From Chiloscyllium plagiosum (lineage: Eukaryota), in contig NC_057752.1 in NCBI RefSeq assembly GCF_004010195.1, positions 13,692,104-13,754,574 of the forward strand: a stretch of DNA of 62,471 nucleotides. Reading direction: 5' to 3'. Position numbers and translations under genes: made by a program. This document shows, piece by piece, positions 1 through 12,428 of the stretch; position 1 is the first letter of the stretch, and the number at the start of each line of letters is the position of its first letter. A model generated the notes under the pieces. That model was given only the letters and a program-made list of their open reading frames with translations. It had not been told where the DNA came from and searched no databases.

Positions 1-185
1 CTCAAACCCTCCATAACTGGCAGCATCCTGGTAAATCTCTTCTGAACCCTCTCCAGTTTAATAATCTCCTTCCTGTAACAGGACGACCAGAAGTGGACAC
101 AGTTCTCCAGACGAGACCTCACCAATGTCCTGTGTAACCTGGACATGACGTCCCAACTCCTGCACTCAAAGGGCTGAGCAATGAA
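1..185 (-). mobile_element. CR1/HER1 LINE fragment (ORF2 C-terminal region)
   Basis: Reverse complement resembles the CR1 QFWSP...LERVQKRFTRMLP block seen in the other copies here. Confidence 0.8.
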
Positions 186-229
186 GGCAGGAGAGAGAGA
201 TTTACAATTGGAACCAGCTAAAAAATAGT

Positions 230-545
230 TTTTCTGACCATCTCAAGAAGTGCCCGGTGCCCAGAGCTGATTAAAAAGAATTACCAAGACACCAAGAATT
301 TGAAATGCAATTGAATATTCCATGCTGCAGAGGATACAAGACATCAGTTAAACAAACATGGTCTCGGGTTAAAACCACATGCCTTAACCATATGTAACTT
401 ATGGACTGTAAGCTAAAGGGCTCAAGAGATATGGGAGTGGGTGGGATTAGAGTATTGAGCTCGATGATCAGCAATGAGCATAATGAATAACAGAGCAGGT
501 TTGAGGAGTTGAATGGCTTATTCCTGCTCCTGACTTCCATGTTTA
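230..545 (+). mobile_element. Old CR1 3' end fragment
   Basis: Degenerate CR1 3' UTR ending gaatggcttattcctgctcct. Confidence 0.6.
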
Positions 546-1019
546 AGCTGTATACTACTTTCATTTTCCGTTTCACTATCGCCTTTTCAACTTTGTGTCT
601 GTGTGTGTGTTTGACATTGTGTCTTTGTTCGTTTGCTTGGGATTAGCAAATCGGAAGGTTGCTCCTCTCTGCACTCGTAAAAATCTCGTCATTGGCTTCC
701 AATTGTTTCTGGTGAGCTCGTGATCTGTATTTGCATTAGGGAGCGGTATAGCCACGTGCCAGAAAGAAAAGCAGAAAAGCTTAGTTGAGGCCAATGATGG
801 AGATGGACATGACCGGGTCATTCACACTCCATCAGGACATAGCTTTTGTGTATTGACTTTATCCACTAAATAATGAAAGATTGGATGCTAATCTGCACCC
901 TGTCACTTGCTCAAACTCTGTTACATTTCTGCTGTTCCTCAGTTCCCCCAGTCGTAACCCCACCTCTATTCTCCTCTCCAGATGTGTGCCTGAACTGTGA
1001 GTGTTTCCAATATTTCCAT

Positions 1020-1570
1020 AAGACTATAAGACGTAGGAGCAGAAATTAGGCCATTCGGCCCATCAAGTCTGCTCCGCCATTTAATCATGGCCGATACGTT
1101 TCTCAATCCCATTGTCCCACTTTCTCCCTGTAGCCCTTGATCCCCTTGATACTCAAAAACCTATCAATCTCACTCTCAAATCTACTCAATGCCCGTCTGT
1201 GGCAATGAACTCCATAGATTCCCCACTCTCTGGCTGAAGATGTTTCTCCTTATCTCCATCTAAAAGGCCTTCCCTTTACTCTGAGGCTGTGCCCTTGGGT
1301 CCTAGCCTCTCCTACCAATGGGAACATCTTCCCAATATCCACTCTGTCCAGGCCATCCAGTATTCTATATGTTTCAGTTAGATCCCCCCTCATCCTTCTA
1401 AACTCCGAGTATAAACCCAGAGTCCTCAAACGTCCCTCATATGTTAAGCTTTTCATTCCTGGGACCATTCTTGTGAACCTCCTCTGCTCCAGGGCCAGTA
1501 CATCCTTCCTGAGATATAGGGCCCAAAACTGCGCACAATACTCCAAATGTGGTCTGACCAGAGCCTTATA
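1020..1570 (-). mobile_element. CR1 LINE 3' fragment
   Basis: ORF 1250-1546 (EYCAQFW...RRFTRMVPGM...RRMRGDLTETYRIL) followed by CR1 3' UTR. Confidence 0.9.
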
Positions 1571-1596
1571 GATATATAAATAAATAAATAAATATA

Positions 1597-2311
1597 CAGA
1601 GGAACCTCGATTATCCGAACGAGATGGGCAGGCACTATTTCATTTAGGTAACTGATTATTCGGTTAATGATTCATTGCCTCTCCTCTGGGGCCTGTAGTT
1701 TTCTGTAGTTGCCTATTTCCTCTCTCTGCCTGCCTTGCTCCCTCTCTCTGTCTCAGGGTTTGTTTCTGAGCAGACACACACTTGTGTGTAAGGGAGCTGC
1801 AGCATTACTGAAGCCTCTAGCACCTCCCACCCCATCAGTTCAATGGGATTGACAGAGTGAGCACTTGCTATGTCCGCTCCCCGTACAGGAGACTAGACAG
1901 CAGCACACCCACCACTCCACCCGCCTTCTCCCTCGCCCCCGACACCCCCCCCACCCCCCCCACATGCGCCCCTGTCCTGCTGTCCCCTGAACGCCCCAGT
2001 CCCCTCCCCCCACCCCCTCCGTGGGGTACACGCCTGTGTAGAACTCCAGTGAGAATGTGAGGGGAGAGAGAGAGAAAGGGCGGGAGGTCAGCCATTTGGA
2101 GGCGGTGCCTGGGCTCCCGTCAATGTCCAGGACTGTTCTCGGCAGTATTTCAGTAAGCCGGGTTCATCTTTAATCATTGTAAACAAAAGACACAATCAGG
2201 GTTGGAAACACCACTTAGATGTAATGTTTCTGTCAGGACCTTGAGATTGAGATCTTCGTCGGATAATCCAAAATTCAGATAATTGATATTCGGATAATCG
2301 AGGTTCCTCTG
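1597..2311. mobile_element. Non-autonomous Tc1/mariner (pogo/Tigger-type) MITE
   Basis: Perfect 23-bp TIRs CAGAGGAACCTCGATTATCCGAA (1597-1619 / 2289-2311), TA on both flanks, no transposase ORF, sits in AT-rich microsatellite. Confidence 0.9.
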
Positions 2312-2749
2312 TATGTGTGTATATCGGTCTGTATATGTGTGTGCACATATATATATAGTATGTATATGTATGTATTGGTCTATATATCCTACTTTGAGCA
2401 TCTGCGGGGCCTTGCCTTTGTATCAGTGAGTTGGATTAACAAACAGCAAGCCCAGACACAATGGGCCGAGTGGTCTCCTTCTTTACCATTTATCATTCTT
2501 CAATGCTTTATCACTCAGGGACCCCGGCCAGTCATGACATGCTGCTGTTTAGTGCTGACAGAAAAATGAGATAAAACATTCCTCATGCTCAACCAGGGAC
2601 TGCCTTGGGTTTGATGGTTGCTGGCACTGCCATTTCTGTGGTGCTTAGTAAAAAGCTTCCTCTTGACTCAACCTATCCTTGGTCAATGAGGATCAAGTTG
2701 ATGGGATAATTGAGAATGCAGACAGTCTGGTTCAGGTGATGTCTTTGAT

Positions 2750-3720
2750 CCATTATTGTCACATGTGCCGAGATACAGTGAAAAGTATTGGTTTGTGTGC
2801 AATTCAGACTAACCATTCCTTACATCAGTCCATGAGGGTACTAGAACAGCATACAGAAGACAGCGTTACAGCTACAGAGAAGGTGCAGAAAAAAAGATCA
2901 ACTCTAGTATAGGAGAGGCCCATTCTTAAGCCCGATAACAGCGGGGAAGAAGCTGTTCTTGAATCTGCTGGAGCGTGTTTTAATCCTTTTGTATCTTCTG
3001 CCTGATGGAAGAGAGTGTACCCGGGGTGGGAGGGGCCTTTGATGATGTTGCTGCCTTCCCGAGGCAGTGGGAAGTGTAGACGGAGTCAGTGGATGGAAGG
3101 TTGGGTTGTGTGAGGGACTGGGCTGGGTTCACGACTCTCTGTAATTTCTTACAGTCCTGGGCAGAGCAGTTACTGTACCAAGCTGTGATGCACTCGGATA
3201 GGATACTTTCTACAGTGCAGCTGTAAAAATCGGTAAGAGTCCTTGTGGACATGCCGAATTTCCTGAGGACGTAGAGGCATTGGTGGGCTTTCTTGACCCT
3301 TGCGTCAATGTGGGTGGAGCAGGACAGATTGTTGGCGATCATCACTCCCTGGAACTTGATACTGTTGACCACCTCCCCCTCAGCTCCATTGATACAGACA
3401 GGGGTGTGCCCTCCACTGCCCTTCCTGAGGTCAATGACCAGCTCCTTTGTCTTGCTGACATTGAGGGAGAGATTGTTGTCTTCACACCATGCCCTTACAC
3501 ACTCTGCCTCCTTCCTGTGCTCCGTCTCGTCATCGTTTGAGACCCGAACCACACCTTTAATGCAACTGGTGTCATCAGCAAACTTGCAAATGGAGTTAGA
3601 ACAGAAATAGGCCCCACAGTTGTGAGTGTGGAAGGAGTATAGGAGGGGGCTGAGTATGCAGCCGGTGCTGAAAGTATTGTGGGGGAGGTGTTGTCGCCTA
3701 TCCTTACTGCAAACACTCTG
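2750..3720 (-). mobile_element. Rex1/Babar-clade LINE, 5'-truncated (RT C-terminus plus 3' UTR)
   Basis: ORF 2980-3762: CKFADDT...WCEDNNLSLNVSKTKELVIDLRK...FYSCTVESILSECITAWY...KLQRVV, typical Rex1 RT and C-terminal domain. Confidence 0.88.
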
Positions 3721-3834
3721 TCCTTGTTCAAAGCGTGTTGTGAAGTTTGGCTCAGCAATCACAGCCCAGACAAGTTAACTTGAGATGATTATTCAGGATA
3801 GAATTAACAATCACACAGATAAAAGTGGATCGAA

Positions 3835-5260
3835 TTGGAAGAGTCATTCATGAAGGAATAATCATGTCCAACAAAATTGCTGAATGTTTTTGAAGAGGTA
3901 ACCAGCTGTTCTAAGAATCCATCTCGGAGGCACTCCACAAAGTCTCTTTCTTGTGGCCCAATACCATCCTGATTCTCCCAGTCTACCTGCATGTTGAAAT
4001 CCCCCATAACAACTGTAGTTCTGTCCTTACGATAGCATGTGTAGCCTTGAATATTCATTTCCCAGGTCCTGTCCACTTGAAGCCAAAGTGTGGAGGTGCC
4101 GGTTGTTGGACTGGGGTGGCCAAAGTCACATGACACCAGGTTACAGTCCAAGAGGTCCTGAAACCCTGCGTTCCCCTGACAGTGCTCCAAAAGCTCATGA
4201 TTTCCAATAAACCTGTTGGACTGTAACCTGTGTGACCTCTGAATTTGAAGAGGGAACACAGAGGATTGACGAGGGTAACGCTGTTGATGTGATGTACATA
4301 GGCTTCCTAAAGACACTAGATACAATGCAACACAACAGACCCGTGAGGAAAGTCTTCGGTCATCGACTAAAAGGGACAGTAGCAAAATGGTAACAAATTT
4401 GGCTGAGTGAAAGGCAATTATGAGAGTAAACGGTCAATGGAAGAAAAGTTTGTAGTGGAGTTCCTCAGGGGTTAGTGTTGGGATCCTGGCCTTTCCTGAT
4501 GTATGCAAATGGTCAACATATTGCAAGGGGCAATATCAAAGTTTGCAAAGGAAGTGAAGCTTGGGAGAGCTGTAAACTGCGAGGGAACAATCAGAAGGAC
4601 ATTGATGACTTGGAGAAGTGGGCAATGGGATGGTCAGTGCAGAGAAGTATACATTTTGGTATCAAAAACATGGAGAGTTTAATATAATGGGTGTGCGTAT
4701 TGTAAGGGGCGTGCAACAGCAGAGAGACCTGGGTGTATTCTGGGCTTTATAAATAGAGGTATAGAGTTTAAAAAGAGGCAAGTTCAGATGAATTTATATA
4801 AGATACTGATTAATCTCAGCCAGATGATTGTATACAGGTCTGGGCACTGGGCTAGAGGAAGGAAGAATTGGAGACAGTGCATATGAATGGTTCCAGGGAT
4901 GAGAAAATTATGAGGATAGATCAAAGAAGTTCTCCTTCAACAGGAGCAGACTAAGAGAAGTTTTCAAAATCATGAGAGGTCAGGGTAGAGTAGTTAGGGA
5001 AAAAAGTGTTCCCACTCAGAAAACGGATCGAGAATCAGTGGGCACAGATGTAAAGTGCATTGCAAAAGAATTAAACGCGAGGTGAGAAAAAACCTGTCTT
5101 CGCCCAGGGAGTAGTTCGGGCCGGGAATACATGGCTCAGAAATGTGGTGGAGGCAGGTTAAATCGAGGCATTCGAGAGGGGCGTTTTATGGTTATTTAAA
5201 TAGAAATGATGTGCAGGGTGACAGCAGAGAAAGCAGGAGATTGGCAGAAAGTCAAAAAGT
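3835..5260 (+). mobile_element. Old decayed CR1 RT region, interrupted by an inverted CR1 APE fragment (about 3901-4085) and a PLE insert (about 4088-4245)
   Basis: Degenerate RT blocks; tttgaagagg repeated on both sides of the interruption; minus strand reads VVMGDFNMQVDWENQ (APE). Confidence 0.7.
4088..4245. mobile_element. Palindromic PLE terminal-repeat insert (family B)
   Basis: ccaggttacagtccaa and ttggactgtaacctg arms in inverted orientation; same family as 13490, 30433 and 47288. Confidence 0.7.
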
Positions 5261-5719
5261 CAAGACAGAATTCTGTGAGTCTGCGAATAAATTGGAACTT
5301 CAGAGCGGGTGAGTTCCATCACTCCTGAATTTCAGGCCAAGCTTTTTGTTACTTCATATCTTGCAGGACCTGAGGTGCAGGTCACTAAAGGCCAAGGTTT
5401 ATGGACCCCATTATCTGTAAAAAGGGTCATCTGTTTTGATGTTGATAGTGGAGGAAGGAATTTTGACCAGGAGATCAGAAGTAAAATCCTCGCCAGAGGA
5501 TCTTTTAAGTCCACCCAGAAGAAGCAACTAGATCTTTGCTTTACCAAGACAACAACCCTGCAGAAATGTAGCACACGTGGAATCATTCTTCCATTACTCG
5601 ACGCTAATGGCCTAGAGTGGGGTTTAACTGAGAAGTGACATTGGACTGAGTCCAATTGGAACTCATACAGAGCAAAGCTTCAGCTTTGAAACTATACCAG
5701 TCAGCTCAACAAAACACAC

Positions 5720-6470
5720 CAACCTACGAACAAGGAATACGTATAGGCTGCTTGGGCCTTCGGGCCTGCCCACCCCCACTCCACAAAATGTGACTGATCT
5801 GATTTTAACCTCACCCCTCCATCCCTGTATATTTCCCCCCCGCCCCGGAGAATCTATCTCCCTCTGCCACAAAAAGATTGAAAGGTTCTGTATCCACTGC
5901 CTTTTGAGGAAGGGGATTCCAAAGACCCGTGGCCCTCTGAGAGAGAGAAATGCTCCCCCCCCACCAAGTCCATTTTAAATGGGCGCTCTGACCCCTCTGA
6001 CCCCTCGTTCTGGAGTCTCCCACAAGGGGAAACCTCCTTTTCCACATCCACCCGGTCACATCCCCTCAGGATCTTATACGGTTCAATTCGGCCACCTCTG
6101 ACTCTACTAAACTCCAGAGGATACAGGCCTAGCCTGTCCAGCCTTTCCTCTGAAGGGAATCTGCTCATTCCAGGGATTAGTCTGAGAAACCTTCTCTAAA
6201 CTGCTTCCAATGCATTAACGTCCTCCTGTAAGTATGGAGACCAGTCCTGTGCACCGTGCTCCAGATATGGTCCCACTACTGCCCTGTATAACTGAAACAT
6301 AACCTCCCTACTCTTGTATTCAATTCCCCTCGCAAGAAACCATCACAATCTATTACATGCTGTACCTGCAGACTAACCTTCTGTGATCCACGCACTGGGA
6401 CACCCTGTTCTCTCTGCGCATCTCAGAGCTCTGCAACCCCTCATTGTTTGGACAGCACAATTCTCCTTTA
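5720..6470 (-). mobile_element. CR1 LINE 3' fragment
   Basis: ORF 5854-6168 EERLDRLGLYPLEFSRVRG...YKILRG. Confidence 0.85.
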
Positions 6471-6769
6471 TTACTCTCAGGACCCAAAGTAAGACTGGAC
6501 CAGAGAAGGTGTCAGCATTGTTCGAACTGCACCGTGGTGTTTGATTAAGCCGGCGTGATCACAATTCCTCATCCAGTGCTTGATTGCTTCAGCTTGCAGA
6601 TGGAGCTAGTGAGTCAAGGCACTGTCTTCCCAACTCTCAGGCCGCTCCTAGTTACGCACACATATATATTGAATGTTCTGGAACGTATTAAGGCGTTTTA
6701 AATTGGTGGCAATAAACAGTTTGACTTTAGAACTATTTCTGCATTCCTCTGGAGATAATTAATGCAAAC

Positions 6770-7687
6770 TGTTCGAAAACAGAGGTTGACCCCCCCCCAC
6801 CATCCCTCGAGAACTAAAACCCAGAGAGGAGCACCTCACCCGATAATCTGTAAAAGGATTCCGAAAAGTGGTGTTACGTGCTTTTCAGCAACTTCTAGTG
6901 GCTAAACAAAATAAATCCCTGACACTGACTTTAAAATCGACAGGTAACAATTTATTTATTTAACTCTTAAATTAACGAATCTATTAACAAACTGAGTAAA
7001 TCCCTTCTCGCTACTAACGATTTCCAAATAAAGCAAGATTCTAATGTATGCTGTTCCAATAAATACAAATCCCAATCAGATTTACAAAAGATAGAATTTA
7101 GTCTCCCAAAATTGCAGCCAGGTTATGTACCTTCCAGAATGTTCCGGGTCTTCTTCGTCAATTCTTCTGTCAGAAATACCTTCTCCGTCGTTGGTACCAT
7201 TGTTATTCAAATGGTGCTATCTCTAAGACACAGGTGAAGCTGTGAGAGCCAGTGATTCTTTCTCTCTCTCTTTCTGTGTGTGTGTGTCGAGAGAGAGAGA
7301 GAGAGAGAGAGAGCTAAGAGCCATTAGCTCTGGCGGATAGCAGTTTGCTCTGGGGTCTTTGTCCAAGCTGATCCTTTCTTTTAATAATAATAATGACATA
7401 CCATTATTTCTTACAGTAGGATTGGTCCTATGTTGTCAAAACTATCGGATTTAAATTTAATAGGTTTTTGGTATTGAAGTACCTGGTTCAAATTGATTGG
7501 TTAAATTCAAAAGCCTGTTGTCTTGGTTAACAGCTGCTGCTTGGCCTGCTAACTGTACGGTCTTTCGATATGTTTCAATTCGGATGCTCTCTGTGTACCT
7601 GCAAACTTTCAAGCTGCTGCTCACTGACAACCATTTTAAATCTCGAAGCACAGAAAAAAGCACACGATCATTTAAAGGGGCCACACA
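6770..7687 (-). mobile_element. Probable solo LTR
   Basis: TG...CA ends, AATAAA on minus strand near 6951, internal (GA)n; no clean TSD found. Confidence 0.5.
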
Positions 7688-8589
7688 ATGCTTTCCCCAT
7701 TTGACAATTTTACAATTTTCAGATTCTAACTTCCTGCCTCCCAAGCTGCAATTACTCCACCCAACTTCACAACAAAACGTAACACTCACCCCCTTGAAGC
7801 GTGGCTACCATCATTTTGGTTTGGATGCATTTTGCTTGATAGAACCTCATTGCCTGAAAAATCGACGCAGTAAGATCAAAATCAAAAGTGCTAATGAGCA
7901 ATTGGCAAACTCCACTTCGGAGATGGGGCAGGTGGGTTCAGTAACTGATAGCCCCGATCTCTGAACCATATGGTTTGGGGCCATTCTGTACGTCATACCA
8001 GGAAAAACCTTTGAAATGCAAATACTGGCAATGCAAAAGCCTGCACCTGCTCCTGGATTTATACCCAGCCATTCTGAGTGTGCGTAATAATTTTAACATC
8101 AAAATAAGCCTTGTTTATGAACAAAAAGCCTCACAGGTGTTGTCGCTGTATGAGCCGCACACTCGACATTCCTGACTAATGTGGTCCTTGTTGGAAGAAA
8201 TATCAAACAAGAGGTATAAATCCTCCATATATCTGAATGTGGAAGCTCTTTCATCTGTGAGGTGCAATTATTGAGTGGACAAAGTTTGATGTTCTTACAC
8301 TTTAAGGGACACACAAGCAGAAAACATCAAAATATTCTAATCATGGGCATACGTTTGCAGTGAGTCAATGCCAATGATAACAGAGGTTGGAACATCAAGG
8401 TTAGACCTCTGGAACAACTGTTATTTCAATTTGACCTCTTCAGGCATGATCACAACCAGAATTGAAGAGTTTACATCAAGCTGTACAGCATGGAAACAGA
8501 CCCTTTGGTCTAACTTGTCCATTACCAACATTAAAAACAACCAAATCTATACCAAACCATAGCCACCTTTAAAAATGGTTTGATAACTC

Positions 8590-8870
8590 TTTATTTTATT
8601 CATTTGTGTGCGTCACTGGCTAGTATTTATTGCTTGGTCCCTAATTGCCCCCTTGGGAATGTGGGGGTGAGCTGCCTTCTTAAACACTGTAGTCCATGTG
8701 CTGTAGGGTGACCCACAATGCCCTGAGGGAGGGAATTCCAGGATTTTGACCCAGTGACACTGAAGGAACAGGGATATATTTCCAAGTCAGGATGGAGGGA
8801 TCAGGAACTTGCAAGGGGGTGGTGTTCCCATGTATCTGCTACCCTTGACAATCGAGATGGAAGAAGCCAT
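8590..8870 (-). mobile_element. 3' end of the CR1/L2-type LINE that shares its tail with SacSINE1
   Basis: Matches the 3' region of the copies at 29440, 43540 and 55478. Confidence 0.75.
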
Positions 8871-9269
8871 AAAGTGGCAGATGGCCCACACATTGTGCTG
8901 GTGCCCAACTGAACAGACATTTGGAGGGTAATTGTCCCCTAGCGTGTTCCCCATGGCAACACATTGACAAAGGGTCGACATACCTGTCTTGAATTTTAAC
9001 CTGTATTGCATTCTCCTAGGCAACACCCCTACCAAACAGAGTTCACCTGGTTAGGTTGTTCCCTTTGCAATTTGGCATTCTTGCGATTCAGTCCTGATGA
9101 CTGCAAGACAAAAACCTTTGACGGCATGTCTCTTTTCTCAGCAATAGTCAAGTGCTATCCAGCCAAAGCAGCTATTTGTGCACCTGAGACCCAGAGGCAC
9201 CGAGGTTGGAAGGACTAGTATTCTGAACTCTTATTTTTCGAATTTATTGCCAGACTGTTTATTTCTACA

Positions 9270-9415
9270 TGTTTCTAATTTTTATTTCCCTAAGAATTTT
9301 TACTTAAGGTTCTGGACCGAGGTACCTTGGTACCTCAGAGAGCACTGTCAGTGGCGACTTGCAGACCTTTCACTGTACTCATGTGAGTATATGTGACAAT
9401 GAAGCTCATTCTCAT
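9270..9415 (+). mobile_element. Probable Rex1-type LINE 3' UTR remnant
   Basis: cttttcactgtactc...atgtgacaat tail resembles the Rex1 3' end near 2750. Confidence 0.45.
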
Positions 9416-10029
9416 TTTAAACATTATGAAGCTCAGCATATCAACAACCAAGCTTGACTCACAAGTTGGCTATTGGATATCTCTGAGACCTTATTAGATC
9501 CAAGGTTGTGCTAGATATTGTTTCCAACTGCATTGATGATACTAAAGTGAGAGAAGTCATGGCCATGAGCCAGCTAGCAAGATGAGATTCGACAGACTGG
9601 GAGTCGGGTTAAGAATTTACATGGCATCCTTCGCTGTGCTTGGTGCGAGGTGCACAAATGTCTTGCATTGACCTTCGTGTCGCGATGTTGCCTCAGTAGG
9701 TGAGTGCTCCACAAGGCAAAGGCTTGGCATAATCATCTGGAACAAGCTTGTTAAATGAACATGAACCAAAACCCACATTGCTGAGAATGACAGATTTGTA
9801 TCGCCTGCAGCCACTCACCTGCATGTAGCCCTGCCAGAGGGCATGCTGCCAGACTTGACTCGCCTGCTGGTGTATCTGACATGACACATGCATATGGCAT
9901 ATCTACGACACACAAAAGTAGGAGCCCTTATTGTATTGCTGACTGGTTCTGCACACAACGAAGGGGCTAAATAGTTGAGAGAGTTGCTACAATCAATTCC
10001 GAGTGGGATTTCCACACATATCGTGAAGG

Positions 10030-10790
10030 ACTCATAGCGTCATACAGCACAGGAACAGACCCTTCACTTCAACTTATCCATGCCGACCAGACATCCCAAC
10101 CTGACCGATTCCCACTTGCCAGTGTTTGGCCCAGATCCCTCTAAACCCTTCCTGTCCATATACCCATCCATTTGCCTTTTAAATGCTATAATTGTACCAG
10201 CCTCCATCACTTCTGGTAGCTCATTCCATACACGCACCACTCTTTGTGTGAAAAAGTTGTCCTTGAAGTCCCTTTTAAATCTTTCCCCTTTCACCTTAAA
10301 CCTGTGCCCTCTAGTTCTGAACTCCCCCACCCCAGGGGAAAGATCTTGTTTATTTATCTTTTCCATGCCCCTCATGATTTTATAAACGTCTATAAGGTCA
10401 CCCCTCAGTCCCTGGCACTCCAGATCACTTCTGGTAGCTCATTCCATACACGCACCACTCTTTGTGTGAAAAAGTTGTCCTTGAAGTCCCTTTTAAATCT
10501 TTCCCCTTTCACCTTAAACCTGTGCCCTCTAGTTCTGAACTCCCCCACCCCAGGGGAAAGATCTTGTCTATTTATCTTTTCCATGCCCCTCATGATTTTA
10601 AAACGTCTATAATATCACCCCTCAGTCCCTGGCACTCCAGGGAAAACAGCCCCAGCCTATTCAGCCTCTCCCTATAGCCTAAAACCTCCACACCCAGCAA
10701 CATCCTTATAAATCTTTTCTGAACCCTTTCAGGTTTCACAACATCTTTGCTATAGGAGGGCGACCAGACTTGTCTGTAGTATTCTTAAAG
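10030..10790 (-). mobile_element. CR1/HER1 3' fragment with an internal 218-bp tandem duplication
   Basis: RTRGHRFKVKGERFKRDFKDNFFTQRVVRVWNELP encoded twice (10206-10423, 10424-10640). Confidence 0.9.
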
Positions 10791-11189
10791 TGTTAACACT
10801 CTGAGCCTATTTGCTAATGCTACCATTAAAAGACACCACACACAGTAACGGTATATTGCCACATCATGATGATCAAGACATGCCATCTTGTTTGAATCTG
10901 AATTCATTGAGCTGACAAACGCAGCAACTCATGCAGTTGAGTTCAGTTTGGACGACCTCCCGGATAGATTGTGTTACCATGGGGATTCACCTTTCGGCCC
11001 TTTGCTCCCTGCAGCCAGTTGGATTCAACATCTTCAGTTCCAAGATTCAACATCTTCTGTACCTGCCATCATCCTTATCCCAACAATGCCTCCCCAACAC
11101 CCTTTCCTTCCTGCCTATCCTTTTGGAAAGGTCATGTACCCCTGAATATTTTGTCCCCAGCTCTGATCTCTAGTAACTATGCCTCTGTA

Positions 11190-11650
11190 GTGGTAACATG
11201 GTGGCTCAGTGATTAGCACTGCTGCCTCATAATGCCAGGGACCCGGGTTCAATTCCACCCTCCGGTGTCTGTCTGTGTGGAGTTTGCACATTCTCCCCGT
11301 GTCTGTGTGGGTTTCCTCCGGGTGCTCCGGTTTCCTCCCACAGTCCAAGGATGTGCAGGTTAGGGTGGATTGGCCATGCTAAATTGGCCCATAGTGCCCA
11401 GGGATGTGCAGGTTAGGGTGGATTGGCCATGCTAAATTGTCCCATAGTGCCCAGGGATGTGCAGGTTAGGGTGGATTGGCCATTCTAAATTGTCCCATAG
11501 TAAATCACCCATAGTGTTCAAGGATATGCAGGTTAGGTGCATTAGTCAGGAGTAATAACGTAAGGGAATTGGTTTGGGTGGGTTACTCTTCAGAGGGTTG
11601 GCATGGACCTGTTGGGCCAAAGGGCCTGTTTCCTCACTGTTGGGATTCTG
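11190..11650 (+). mobile_element. HE1 (V-SINE) tRNA-derived SINE with about 3 internal 53-bp units
   Basis: A box tggctcagtg, B box ggttcaattcc, V-domain gggtttcctccgggtgctccggtttcctcccacagtcc. Confidence 0.9.
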
Positions 11651-11869
11651 TCCCGTACACCTTCTTACTCTATTCTATGCCGTACGATTGTCCCCATTAA
11701 CCTGTATTAATGCTGTTAATTTATCTCTTTTGTTCTGAAGACTATACACATTCAAGTAAAAAGCTCATATTTTGGGGTTTTTTTTCCCATTGTTTGTCTT
11801 TTGACCCAATCAACTGCTGTTGGATCTGGGGTGGGTTTGTTTCCTGCTCAAATATGTGGTAGATTTGAA

Positions 11870-12180
11870 ATGGGTTTGAGTTCCCAAGAGAGGCTGAACA
11901 GGCTGGGGCTGTTTTCCCTGGAGCGTCGGAGGCTGAGGGGTGACCTTATCGAGGTTTATAAAATCATGAGGGGCATAGATAGGGTAAATAGACAAGGTCT
12001 TATTCCCTGGGGTGGGGGAGTCCAGAACTAGAGGGCATAGGTTTAGGATGAGAGGGGAAAGATTTAAAAGGGACCTGAGGGGCAACTTTCTCTCACACAG
12101 TGTAGCTCGTGTGTGGAATGAACTGCCAGATGAAATGGTGCATGCATCTACAGTTACAACATTTAAAAGATATTGGAACT
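11870..12180 (+). mobile_element. CR1/HER1 3' fragment
   Basis: ERLNRLGLFSLERRRLRGDLIEVYKIMRG. Confidence 0.9.
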
Positions 12181-12329
12181 GGTACTGGGTCTGGGCGGAC
12201 CAGGTTTAACCTGATGAGGAGTCCGTTCCCCATTAGCAACTCCACTGAATCTATCCCTGTAGTTGCCTGAGGGGTGGTCCAATAATCAAACAGGAATTGG
12301 GACAGTTTGATATTGGATGACGCTGTAGG

Positions 12330-12428
12330 CTGCTCCTGCCCCTCGGATGCTGCCTGACCCGCTGCGCTTTTCCAGCAACACATTTTTCAGCTCTGATCTC
12401 CAGCATCTGCAGCCCTCACTCTCTCCTC
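12330..12428 (+). mobile_element. PLE terminal-repeat fragment (family A) inside Gypsy
   Basis: Reverse complement of the aaagtgaggactgcagatgctggagatcagagctgaaaa...gcagcatcc block. Confidence 0.8.

Noticed and set aside
2980..3762. 260-aa ORF as a host gene
   Set aside because: Rex1/Babar RT C-terminus, 5'-truncated and decayed.
7497..7964. 155-aa ORF
   Set aside because: Crosses a probable LTR boundary, uses a non-ATG start and has no recognisable motif.
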